A stretch of DNA of 64,000 bases from Raillietiella orientalis (Eukaryota): contig JAYWIR010000003.1 in NCBI GenBank assembly GCA_036172245.1, forward strand, positions 3,968,001 through 4,032,000. Direction: 5' to 3'. Positions 23,201 to 34,800 of the stretch are shown piece after piece (the stretch's first letter is position 1; each line of letters starts with the position of its first letter). Position numbers and translations under genes: made by a program. Under the pieces are notes generated by a model. It saw nothing but the letters and a program-made list of their open reading frames with translations, ran no database searches and was not told the origin of the DNA.

Positions 23201-24329
23201 TGAAGCGGCAAATGGCGGCGCATCGGCCGAAAGCGTCTTCAGGGAAGCAAGAAGTCCGTACGAGACGTCGACGGGAGACGGGAAGGACTCCCGAAGCAGA
23301 TGCGCACGCGCAGGTCCACCGGAGGGGAACCCGCTATCCGAGCAGCTTCGGGAGGTGGTGCAAGGCGTCGAGACGCGGGAGCAGGTGGTGGCTCTCTTGG
23401 TTTGACCTCGTTGCCGCCTGAGGACCCCCACTTGCCGCTGAGAAGGACGCCTTCCGTAAGGCTCGCCGCGCTTGAGGGTGAGAGGATCCGGGATGTATGT
23501 CCTCCCCTCGAGCACACGCACATCCGGGACACCAAGCCGAATCAGAGGGAAGCTGCGAGATCCAGCGCCGCCGGCCGTCCAAGAGAGTCCGCGAACGCCG
23601 TCCGGGGGGACCCCGAGGAAAGACCGACCAGGAGATCCGGAGTATCCCGATTCCCTCCTGGTTCGCCTTTCCTCACGCCTTAGGGACGATTGCGATCAAT
23701 TTCCGGATTTTGCAACGTGGTTCCTTTTCCGGCCTGTTCGAGATGCAATCCCGGTTTCCGATTGCCCACTCGTTCTGGAGAGCCGTGCTAGACGACAGGA
23801 AGAAAAAAGCGCACGGAGGTCGCTTTCCAGGGAAGTTTGCCTTCGGTTGCCCTGGTGACGGAGTCGTCTGCTCGGTTTTCGGAACCGTCCGAGAGAAACA
23901 ACCATCGGTTAGGAAACGGTCTTTCGCCCAGTTTTCGTCTCCTCGAGGAAGCGGTCAAGCAGTCTGCCTAATGAGGGCTCTTCGCCATCTCCATTTCATC
24001 CCGCGCCAACCAGCGAAAGAGAGGAGGAAAATACAGAGAGAAAATGAACGAAAGAAAATGAAACTGGAGGCCCTGCCGAAGAACACGCACCTCGGCCAGT
24101 GCAAGCTGGCTCTTGCAGCTGCGGCGCTCGTTGTAGTCCTTCGCAAGCGGTCCGGTCCGGAAGCTGGGGGGTTTTCCCTGTTGGGGCGTTTCCTTGTACG
24201 CCCATACTCTAGCTTGCGTCTATCTCCTGGTGCCACAGTGCCAACAACAGCGTCCAACGTTCCATTCCTTGGATCGAAGCAAGCAGTGTTACCACATAAA
24301 TCCGGTTCGAGTCTCGAGCCCTTTTAAAG

Positions 24330-24700
24330 GATGCGGAATCTCTTCGCTGCGCCACTCAGTGCCGGCTGCCCTCCTTGCTGTTCCGCGTCTCTTGGGAAAA
24401 TTTTGCACGTGTCGCGGTCCGAGGCTTTCCCAAGGCGCTTGTCCTCCTGTTTGGAAGCAAAAGAACGCGCGCCTTCGCTCCCTCATTCCCCTCCTCTTGA
24501 GCTGATGCGAAGCTCTACGAAGGGAGCAGCAACCCCTCCCCCTCCGTCCTATGCTCTCAGGAAGAGTGGAGGAGAGTCTCAAGAAAGCCTCCACCGGCCC
24601 GAACTCAATCGATCCCTACGAATGATTCCCGGAGGCGCAAGAAAAGAGGATTCCCTCCCCCGCATCCTGCTGATGCACCCCGGGGCAGCAGTAGGTCTTC
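24330..24700 (-). mobile_element. Jockey-like LINE RT fragment, inverted homologue of ~26000-26240
   Basis: 24460-24655 aligns to the reverse complement of 26045-26240, e.g. GAAGGGAGCAGCAA, CTCAGGAAGAG, CCGGCCCGAA, GAATGATTC. Confidence 0.7.
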
Positions 24701-25879
24701 GAGCACGTCCCACGCGCGCTCTTAGATTTCCTCGTCGCCGGAGATGGAGGTGCTGAAAGAGAAGACGTGTAGATCCGTCTTGCTCCGGAAAAGAAGCGCA
24801 TATCCCTTCGCAGATCGGAGGGAGCCCGTCAACAGGAAGGAGGAGGTCTCCACCGTCCGAAGACGCGTTTTCCGCAGCATCTCGCTGCTGCGCAGGATCA
24901 TTCCCGGATACCTTCAGGGAATAGCGACCTTCCGCTCAGAATGAGACCCCCCCTCCTTCCTTCCTCACTACAAAGCATCGCAGGATGGCGGCGACGGGAT
25001 GCAACAGCCTCACGAGAGGAAGGCATCTAGCAGATCCCAGCTTCCAACCGCCCAAGGAGCCGCACATTTCGTCTCACGTGGTCAGATGGCACGATGTTTC
25101 GCCAAAGGTCTCAGGGGGAACGAAGGACCCCCCCCTCTCTCCCCTCCCCTTCTGGTACAACAGCTAAGCCTTATAGTCAAAAACGAACGGGAAGAGAGGG
25201 AGTAGGAGGACGACGACGAACTTTGTTCAGCATTTCTTTTGCTGATTCCACCACTTTTTCCCTCCAATAATTTTGATTTCGATGCCGCTGTGAGGAAAGT
25301 ACCATCCCCACATTATCATAGAGATCCCTGTTCTTGTGCATTGAGTACAAGTCTTCCTTCCTCCTCCTCCTCTTCTCTTCTTCCCTCCTTCTCTTCCCCT
25401 CCTCTATTCTTCTTCTTCCTCCTCTTCCTTCTCCTCCCTTCCTCTTTCCTTCCAGAATGGCAAGAGCGGAGTCCCAAAGTCCACACACGTCCTGAGACGA
25501 ACTCCGACTCTGGAGAGAGCCGGTACGGAAGGTGTGGGACGATTCGCACCCCCCCTGTGACCCGGACACAAGCACATGACGTCATAAGGATAAATCGCAC
25601 CCGAAAAGGCAACTACAGTTTGCTGCCAGCTTAACCCTTCTTTTTTTGTTTTTGCTTGGCTTGCCCAGAAACACTTGGAGATGGGAGGCCTGCCCAGTGC
25701 AAACGTCTCTTCATCAAGCATCAGAGTAGCAAACAAATAAATAAATAAAAATACTCGAAAGGAGTAATAAAAGCTCTTCGGCTGATAGGTCTACTGCGTC
25801 TTCTTTACTCAGGGGACAACTCACTGATAGCAAGTCCTTTCCCATTCTGCTCGGCATAAAGGCGCGAGGTGGGCAGCGT

Positions 25880-26340
25880 GTCCATGGTGACGTTCATCGC
25901 AGCGATTATGCGCCTCAGTCCCGAGCTCACCGCACCCGCGGACGGGTAATCTCGCGGAAAGCAGCATCCCTTTCCAGGAACCTTACGCAGACGAAACTGT
26001 TTGACCCCGGCGTGCAAAAAAGTGCTCGTCATCTCGGAGCGTCATCCGAATTCCTCTCTTCCTGCACCTCCGAGAATCATTCATGAGGATCAATTACATT
26101 CGGGCCGGCGGAAGTTTTCTTGAGGCTCTCCTCCGCTCTTCCTGAGCTCATCCGACGGAGGGTGGGTTTGCTGCTCCCTTCGCGGAGAGCTTCGCGTCGG
26201 CTCAAGAAGGGGGGAGGGGGGAGGCGCACGCGTTCCCCTTGCCGACTTTCTCAGCCTCGAAATCTCTGGTACGCTCCCCTCACACGTGCTGTCCACGGTG
26301 GATGGCTTTACGGCCCTCTGGGAACGGTTCCTAGGACCCA
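25880..26340 (+). mobile_element. Jockey-like LINE RT fragment
   Basis: AIMRLSPELTAPADG (KAPG.DG-like), PACKKVLVI (P..WK.A.VI-like), SFLEALLR (KVLE.IL-like). Confidence 0.6.
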
Positions 26341-29300
26341 GATGGTGGATTCGACACCGGTCGGGACAAAACGTCGTCCTCAATTCCGATCCGGGAGGCA
26401 GGGAGCAACATCCCTTCGGCCGCCCGCTTAGCTGCGGTTCCCGTTGCCGCATAGAATTCAGTCCGAAGATCGGTTCCGCTCCTTCCGAGACCGGCGTCGG
26501 CCGGGAGGATTAGCGGTCCTCCGGGGTTCCAGCGTGCGTGTGGAGGACTCCGCGGATGCAGATGTGTGTCCTCCCGGCGGAGGCAGCGAGCTCCCCAAAC
26601 GAACCCCCCTGAGATTCCCGTCACGTGCTCAAGGCTCTCAGCGCTCGCTCGGAGGCTCGTCCGGCGGACCCGATTGGCCGCGTTCGAGTCGCCTTTCCGG
26701 CCCGCGCGTTCCTTCTGCACCCGACTCTTGGTCGCTGCCGCCTGCCCCTCGTCCGGCACCGGGGAGGGAGGGGATTGGGGACCGCATCCACCCACATATC
26801 TCCGTTTCCCCTGGCTTCCTAGCTGCAAAGAGGAGGGGATCGAGAGAGAGCACAGGAGACCGCGACTCCCAGCAAGGACGTCGAGACGAGAAGAGGAGCT
26901 GGAGAGAAGGTCCATCACCTCTTCGGCGGGAAAGGCGCGAGCAGCCCGACGTCTCAGCAGGAACAGCACACCACGCTGAGGAATGTCGCGTGGGCCAGCG
27001 GCTGCTCTCAGGAGCATTCGGTTTCCTTCGCGACAGGGTCGTTTTGGTTCCCGTGCAGCTCGGTGGTTGCGGCTGCAGCGGGTGAACTGGCATCCTTCCT
27101 CCTGGATGTGCGGCGCTTCAGGGCCTCTCGGCGAAAGATTTTCGACGACTTCGCACACCGCTGGAGGGCGCCTGCCTTCCGGCAAGAGTCGCTCCTACTC
27201 CCCGGTTGCTTCTTTCCTGCGTGCTGCGATGAACCTTTGCATCCTCCATCTCTGCAGAAGAGCAGAGACCGTGGAGACGGAGGACGAGCGTTCGTCTGCG
27301 CGAGGGCACCTCATTCGAGCACGAAACGCGCGGAAGGGATGGGTGAGGTGGGCCGGCGTAGAAGGTAGAAGAGCCGCTGTCGAGATGCCTCGAGCTTCCG
27401 GAGGTGTGTGCTGAAGCGCTCAAGGATGCCAGAGGTCGTCCGTGCAAGAAGCGCCATCAGTGCGCACGCACTCGCAGAAACTGAGAAAACCTTTGGTCCG
27501 CGAGACTTTCAGCAATGAGGGAGACTCTGCAATGATTTATGGGTAGCCGACGAGGCTCTGTTGAGGATGAACATTGGAATTGCTGAGCACCGCTGCTGCA
27601 AACGGCAGAAACTGCGAATTGAGATTGGCAGGAAGTCTCACTGAGACTGCATCACATGCATCTTTAACGTATCCAACAAATCGATGTGCTTAAGAGCTTC
27701 AATTTGGTCTGTGATAGAAGGGAGCTTGCGCAACGGATGATTGGGTAGGGAGGCTTTCGGGATCCCCTTGCAATGATCGCTAGGAATAACGCAGTAAGTG
27801 ACCTTGACTGGAACATCTTTGGCTAATATATATAATCAGGAAACAGACTGGAAACGGCGCGGTAATGCTGTCTGCAACTTTGAAATTGAGATTTCTGTTG
27901 AGCCAATCGCATTCCATAACTTTTTTTTTTTAAAAAAAAAAAATAGTATCAGGAAAAAGAGATGGCACCCCTGATTCCAAACCTGTTTCATGGAGTGCAC
28001 CTGGAAAATGCCTGCTCCCTGGATCTGAATCCGTAACCAAGGAGGCACGGTCGAGTCTTCGCTGCGGAAGTCGCGAGAGTGGCTGGTAGCGGTTCTCGTC
28101 TTTTGCCACGTTCCCCCAAGAGAAAAGTTGCGTTTCCCTTCAGGAAGGGTGGCCCGATTCCCGGATTCATCCCCCACTTTCGGGGCGGAATGCAACCAGG
28201 CTGCTGCTTGCCCGAGTTCAGGCAACGGGGCGAAAGAGATGCCGCTCTAGGAACGTCCTTCGGCCGCGCAAGAGTGCTTGCTGCGTCCGTCCGGTGCCTC
28301 TGGCGATCCGACCAGCGGAACCACCGACCGGCGGGCGCTTCGCCGCATCGTGGCGTTTCTTGCGGGTGGGTTTGCCTGTTCCGAAAGTACGAAACCACCG
28401 ACGGCTACACTCCCGCCGGCTGGTCTTCTCGCCGCGCGTAAATCACGGTCAAGTGGACGGCAACTCGGACGGGAAGGTGGATTCTGCACACGATGTGTTG
28501 AGCGGCATCGAGTCGACCACAGGAGACAGCTCTCTCAGAGCTCTGCTCAACTCGGTCATCAGGGAAGCGACCCATTGCTTCGCTGAGATGCTACCGAGCG
28601 ACGACCTCGCGAAGGGTGTGTGCGGGGGTGGGTTTCCAGATTGGCTCCCTTCCTGTTCCAGAGTCGCCACCACCAGCTAGGAGGGCGTATGTGGGCGCGC
28701 ACGGGCACCGAGAGGTTCCGAAAGGCCAACCCAGTATTTGCGGGAACGCAGCGTTGTGGGAATGGAAAGGCAGTCCCGTTCTCTCCCTATCACGGGATTC
28801 GAAACGGCTCTCCAATCATAAAATGGAGTGAATCTTTTTCTCCATGCTTCGCCCGTTTCGGAGTTTTCCATCGGGACTCTTGCCGTTCCCACGTTTTACA
28901 TCTTCGCTTATGTGGGCTGTAAACGTGCGAGGAGGCATCTGCACTGTGGCGTGACGTCATCCGCGGAGAAGGAATCGCGCGCCGTCCGCAGGCAATAAAA
29001 CGCCTTCGTGCGGACGAGTTCCTTCCTTCACGGTCACAAAAAAAACTGTAACCGGGCCCGAAGAGGTAAGCGGGAATCGCGGTTCACCCGTTTCGCCGTC
29101 ACCCCACGAAAGGGTGGCTCCCGCCGCCCAGCTGGATGGATGGACCCCGCCCTTCCCAGCGCGGCGTGTGGACGTACGCACGTAGCCTGCCCGAAGAAGA
29201 GCCTACTCATCGCGTGCTATACTCCTGCTTCTGCACCTAGGGAGCGCTCCTGGAAGGGTGCTCGTTATCCCTGCTCGAAAGATACCCCTTTCCAGACGGC

Positions 29301-30279
29301 TTTCCTTCCTTCTCCCCAGGGGACAGGACGGATTGGACTATTCCCCAGGGGTTTCACTTCCCCCCTCTGACGGCAGGTGGGTGCATGATCCGGGTGACGA
29401 CATCACAGAACACTGCTCCAGGAAGGTCGTTCTCAAAGAACGGAGCCAAGCGCCAGCGAAAAGGGGAACAATCCACTCGATGGTGAGTCTCACCATCCAC
29501 TTCTTGCACGACTTTCCATCTGCGCTCCCTGAATCCCCTGAGATCATCGTGAAGATTCGCTCCAGTCTGGGTTCGCCGACTGCTGATGCGTCGACTCGCC
29601 TCCACCAAAACACAATCCTCCTCTCACTCGGGAGCCATAGTTATGGAGCGTTCCTCCGCAGTGACGGCAGCAATACTTGACCGACGTCTTATCTTTTTTA
29701 TCCTGCAGCCTGAATGGCACACCCGACACGAGAGCCTTGTTGCGCAAGGTTTTCTTCCTCTTCTCCCGCTCCAGTGTTCCCCCCGCGCCACTGGGGAGCA
29801 CCCGCATCGCGCGCGTGACCTGAGAGGTCGCTCTCCCTGCTCCTTCGTGGCTTCCCTCGAACTCCAAGGAGGCCGCGAGCACCTGGTCTTCGCCGTCCTC
29901 GGGCGCCAGGAACCGTGCACCTTCCCGAGCAGCCGCGAGCGGCTTCTGGCACTCCGATAGCCCCTTCCTTCCCCCTTCCGGTGCCTTCGCAGCCCTCGTG
30001 CGGCTGGAAATTTCCGGAACGAGACCGTCCAGCGTTTTGGATCCATCTGCAGGGTTGCTCCAATGCGAGGCTGCTAGGGTCTGTCGGCTGGGGCCAATTC
30101 GTGTTTATGGAGGATAGAGAGAAAAACAAATTCCCCATTTTTATTCTTTTCTGTATTTTTTATGAATGTGATTTTTCTTATATCTCGAACTAAAGTTTTG
30201 TTTTGTTTTTCTTTTTTGTCGTTTTTTGAAGATATTGCGTTCGCATCGTGGAATGCAAGCGAAAACAGAGGCAGAGTGC

Positions 30280-30700
30280 CACCCGTTGCCATGGCGACCC
30301 CTGTTTGCACTCAAACCTACCCAAAAGCGCACGCGATCCATTTCTTTTCGAGGCGGTGAGAGGTTCCAGTACTTTTCCAGGCAACGGATGCGCGAAAAAA
30401 GCGCTGCCAGATGGAATCCCTGGACTCCTCTTTTGATGAATTTGTAGTCCTCGCCCCTGGCGGAGCGCTTAAAAGCCCCCCTCCGCCTCAAAAACAGGAA
30501 AGCGCGAAGCGTCTCTCTCGGAAGATGGCGGCGTTGCCCGCGCGCGCAAAGTGCAAACTCTTCGTCCGTGTTTGCCTTCATCTTCACTGATGATTCGTCT
30601 GGCTGAGCCGTGGCGGACGCGGAAACGCGGAAACTGGCCACAACATGGCCGCCGACGTCGGCCCCCTACTTTTGGAGTCGCTCGCTCGGGTTTCTCCCCC
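30280..30700 (+). promoter_or_regulatory. housekeeping-type promoter-like element cluster
   Basis: RFX X-box-like GTTGCCATGGCGAC (30285-30298), ACTACA-type motif on the minus strand (~30437-30450), YY1/Pho-like AAGATGGCGGC (30522-30532) and AACATGGCCGC (~30642). No downstream CDS identified. Confidence 0.45.
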
Positions 30701-31780
30701 TCCCTCCCCCCCATCCACGTCCCCATTCGCTCGCGCCGCTGCCCACGTTTCTGGTTTTTCGCGGGTTCGACGTTCAGCATTTCGCAGACGAATCGATCGG
30801 TCATTTCCGATAAATGCCGCGAGTAAATACGGTTTCCTCCTTCCTCCCTAATCATCGTGTTGGATAACTATTTATTCGACTCTATGGAGACAGCAGCTTG
30901 TTTGCCGCGATCCGCCTTTTGTTCCTTTGTAACGGAAGCTTCCATTTGTGGCCACGATAAGCGTACGTTAAGAGATAGCAACGTGAATGTGGACCTCGCT
31001 TGGACACGGAACTGCAACGTTGTTACGGCTGAGCTTTGAGAATTGGATGAGTCAAACGGATGGTCCAGCGCAATTTATTTGTCCCTATCGGATGTCTAAT
31101 GGTAATGGTAAAACCAGTAAATCGTGTCCATTGTCCGTGGACAATCGAACTCGGCAGAGTGTGAAACGACGGCGACTCGGAGCCGAGCATCTCCTGAATC
31201 ACGGGAAGTTGCCAGAGATCGCCCTCACAATACCACCGCGCCAATAAATCTGCTATGAAGAGTTGCAGATGGATCCTAAGCAACTGCTCAGTGCCGCATT
31301 CAGACGGAAGGAAGGATTGTTCGGGACGTGGTCACCGGAAAGTTGTTGATCCTAATTTCGGCACGGAATGGGAAGCTTCGAGCCAACAACCGATGCGCTG
31401 CGCGATTCGACTGGCGCTGCAGATGTCGGACCAAAATGGAGGACACCTCGGAAGCGCCTCAAAGCACTTTGTGCCTTGGCGCGGCCAAGCGGAATGGGGA
31501 ACCCGCGCGTCCACCTTCCGTTTGGCAGCCAGACGAGATACTCCAGTCGGGATGGGTCTCCGAGAACGTCCTGCGGGACGCAAGCGCGAGCGGGATCGCT
31601 GGAAAGACCGAGGTGGTCGCAAAAAAAAAAAAAAACATGACCGGTGGCTACCGCTGGCCAGTGATGCAGCCGCGCGCCTTTTGCCCCCGATCTACTGATT
31701 GTGAGACGTGACTTTAGGGGATTCGCTGCTTCCCTCTCATCGCACTTGATAGGGGGTCGGACGGTGGTTCACGAAAGTGC

Positions 31781-31860
31781 TTCTAAGGTCGGTCTAAAGG
31801 TTCTTCTAAGGTCTTCTAAGAGTCTTCTAAGGTCGGTTTCTAACCTCGCCGGTCTAAGGA
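31781..31860. repeat. short degenerate tandem of (T/G)TCTAA(GG), 7 copies
   Basis: TCTAA at 31782, 31793, 31805, 31815, 31826, 31839 and 31853. Confidence 0.8.
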
Positions 31861-34800
31861 CCAGGTATCGAGTGCATTGCAGCGCGGGAGAACCCAGTGT
31901 TCCCCCACAGAAAACATTTCTTAAAGACTTTATTAACTAATTTTATAATAATTAGATTAATAAATGCCCCGGCATATCCGGGTGACAAACGAAAGTGCTT
32001 CTTGCCAGCTCAGTTTCTCGCCCATCTTTTGCGCCTCTTCGGGAAGCGCAGATTCCCGTTTCGGTCATCTGGAAAATTGTGGAACCCCAACCAACGCTGC
32101 CGCAGACGAACCTCCTCGGTGCAGGCGAGTCGATGCGAGCAGCCCAGTCGACTCTTCACGATGTTCCGACGAGGACTTTTGGGACGTCGGCAGTCCAGCA
32201 GTCTTGGGAAAGGACTCATCGGACTCATCCTGGGTCTTCGGGACTATCACAGATTCTGTCGAAATTTCTAGCATCGATGCATGGTGAGGACCTCGGATGG
32301 AAGGGGTGTACCACGAATTTCACGCGATGCTTTGTCTTCGCGCCATCAGTGCGCAGCCTGTGATAAGACCGTCGCCAAAGACAAACAAACAGTCGCGTGG
32401 GCGCTTGTTGAAAAGAAAAAAAAAATAAATAAAGGCTCGCCAAATTTATCGCTTGCGTTCACGCTGACCACACGTCGCTATAAATTCGAGCAGACGCAGT
32501 TGGCAAGAATTATGGAATCACGTGAGACGTCGAACTCGTGTTGCCCTTTCGATTCGCGCGATGCTGACCATGCCGCTGGAGTAGCAGTGCCCTTTCCTCC
32601 CGTGAGAAACTCGGTAGCAAGCCACAGAGTTCCCTCCAAGTGACGCTGTAAAGTGTTTAGCCGAGGAAGCTTCAAGAAGACGTCCGTCGCGTCACCTTTT
32701 CTCAATGCCACATCGCCAGCAGGGAATATTCCGAAAGTGGTGCGTTGCCCCGAGTGAGCTGTCCCAAGAGAGAATCATTTGGGCATTGGAAGCTGGGATC
32801 TCCGTCGAACAGCTCTGGTGCTACGCGCTCAGGGGGGAAAGCAAAGGTCGGGATGGAACTCGAAGGTCTGGGTCGCCGAACGGAAAAGAGCGGGCTCCGC
32901 GTTCCCAAAAATAATGTTTTGCTTGGAAAGCCCGCGGACGCCAGGAACGCAGCATCTTCGGGAAAAATCTCCACCATTTATTCAAAACGGAGAAGGGAAT
33001 AAATCAAAAACAGAAAGAGGAAATGGAAGGAGGCCGAATAAATCAAGGAGGAGTCCCTTTCTTCGGGGGAAAGAAGAAGAAGAAGAAGAAAAAATTCGTC
33101 AAAATTTATAATATGCCTCTGAAAACAAAGATTTCGTCGCTGCTGTGCCATAATTCATCCTCCGTCGCACGACCACGTATCATGGTGAAACGATATGTGG
33201 TGGCAACGTATCTGCAATTAATCCCTTATTACCAGAGACCTTTCTGTTTGAGTGGCAGTGTTACTATTCGTCCTTAATATGCTGAACGAAACAGCGTGCA
33301 ATAAAACCTGCAAAGGTCTCTCTGCTCGTAGAAACCTAATAGGCGTTCCAGGACGCTTGGCGGCAGCGTCTGGCTTCTGTTCGAAAACAAACGGAGGCTG
33401 CGATGCTGAGCAGTCTCGCGGCCTTTCTCCGACGGTCGCCTTCCCGCCTCTCCTTCCCGCGTTGTTTCGTGCGAGGTTTTCGAAAGGGGTGGTCCCTCCA
33501 CGGAACGAGCGGCAGTCGATAGGAACGCAATGCAGGACACTCACTCTGGCTCGGAGCCCGAGGCACCCTTTGCTGTGCGCCGAAGAGTGTTCTTCAGCTG
33601 CCTGCCAGTCCACACCCGGGAACTTTGCGGGAGTGCTGGGATCCTCGCTGGGCAGAGATCGCGCGGACCAAGCAGCGGCGCGCCAGATCCGAGAAGAACG
33701 GTTCCCGCCCCCGCGAAGCCCCCGGAAAAGTCCACCGACGCGGCCCGGCAAATTGGCGGGCATTTCGAAATCGGGCTTGCCGTGAAATCGACCCAGTTGC
33801 GCGTTACGGCGGAACTCGGGTAAGTCCTCCTCGGCGGCCGATGAGCTGCGTGGGCTGCCGGGCGCCTTGCGTGCCGGGTGGAGCCTCAAAGTTCCGAATC
33901 CACAGCCACAGCGTCCGCGACCACCCGACAGAGGGAGAACCTGAGTGAGATGTCTCAAACTGGGCCGATTCGGCGAGGCAGGCCTGTCCGAACGCCGGGA
34001 CGCTCACCTTCCCGACGTGTTTCAGCTCCAGCCGGGGTCCCTGCGCTCCTCTGGAAAGGAGGACGTTGGAACGCATCGGCGAGCCAAGGCAAAGAGAGAA
34101 CGTCTCCGAGGTGTTTGCACGTTCGTTCCGCAAACAAGGAAACAACGGGAAGGAGCGAAAGGACGCTGCTGGTCTCTCGCAGAGCAGAGCCGCATTCGTT
34201 CTCAGGGTGGCCGAACCCTCCCTTTCAGAGCGCTCAAACGAGCCAACGGAAATCTCGCCTTCCGCGTGGAAAAGAGGCGCGCATCGCAGGGACGGAAAAG
34301 AGAATTCCCAGGTCCAGGCGAGAAGAGACGTCGCTTTTATCTTGGTCTCGCAGCGTGATTTTTCCGACAGCCCATTCTTTTATGAAGGAGGATCTTCCTG
34401 TGCTCAGGAAGACAACGTGTTCAAAAAGACCGCCTTCCCGGGTGAGAACGACAGGTAGTACTCCTGGACCTTGTGCCTTATTAGTTACCATAATCTCCTG
34501 CGCGGCCGACGGCAGGCGAGAGCTTTTATAGCATCCCTATTTTACTGTGGTACGCTTTGATGTTGGGAGCGAACGTTTTCACGAGTTTCGAGATTGCACC
34601 TGCTTCACATGTACGCTTCGGGAACGGGTCCACTTTTTCGAGCAGTGTACACAGAGTCGCGGCGCTCGCAATCGCGCTCAAAAAAAAAAAAAAAAAAAAT
34701 AATAATATAATAAAGAGAGTCAAATAACCACCGGATTTTTCTCACTGATCGAGGTTGCAGTTGATATCGTTCATGAGATAAAGTGTTTTACTGCTGAAGA

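Noticed and set aside
30586..30635. Hammerhead ribozyme core (CTGATGA...GAAAC); also CTGATGAG at ~50089
   Set aside because: Stem II does not abut GAAA, and no stem I/III or cleavage triplet could be formed.
27451..32355. 16-nt exact match GCGCCATCAGTGCGCA at ~27451 and ~32340
   Set aside because: The flanks do not align, and one such match is roughly expected by chance in 64 kb.
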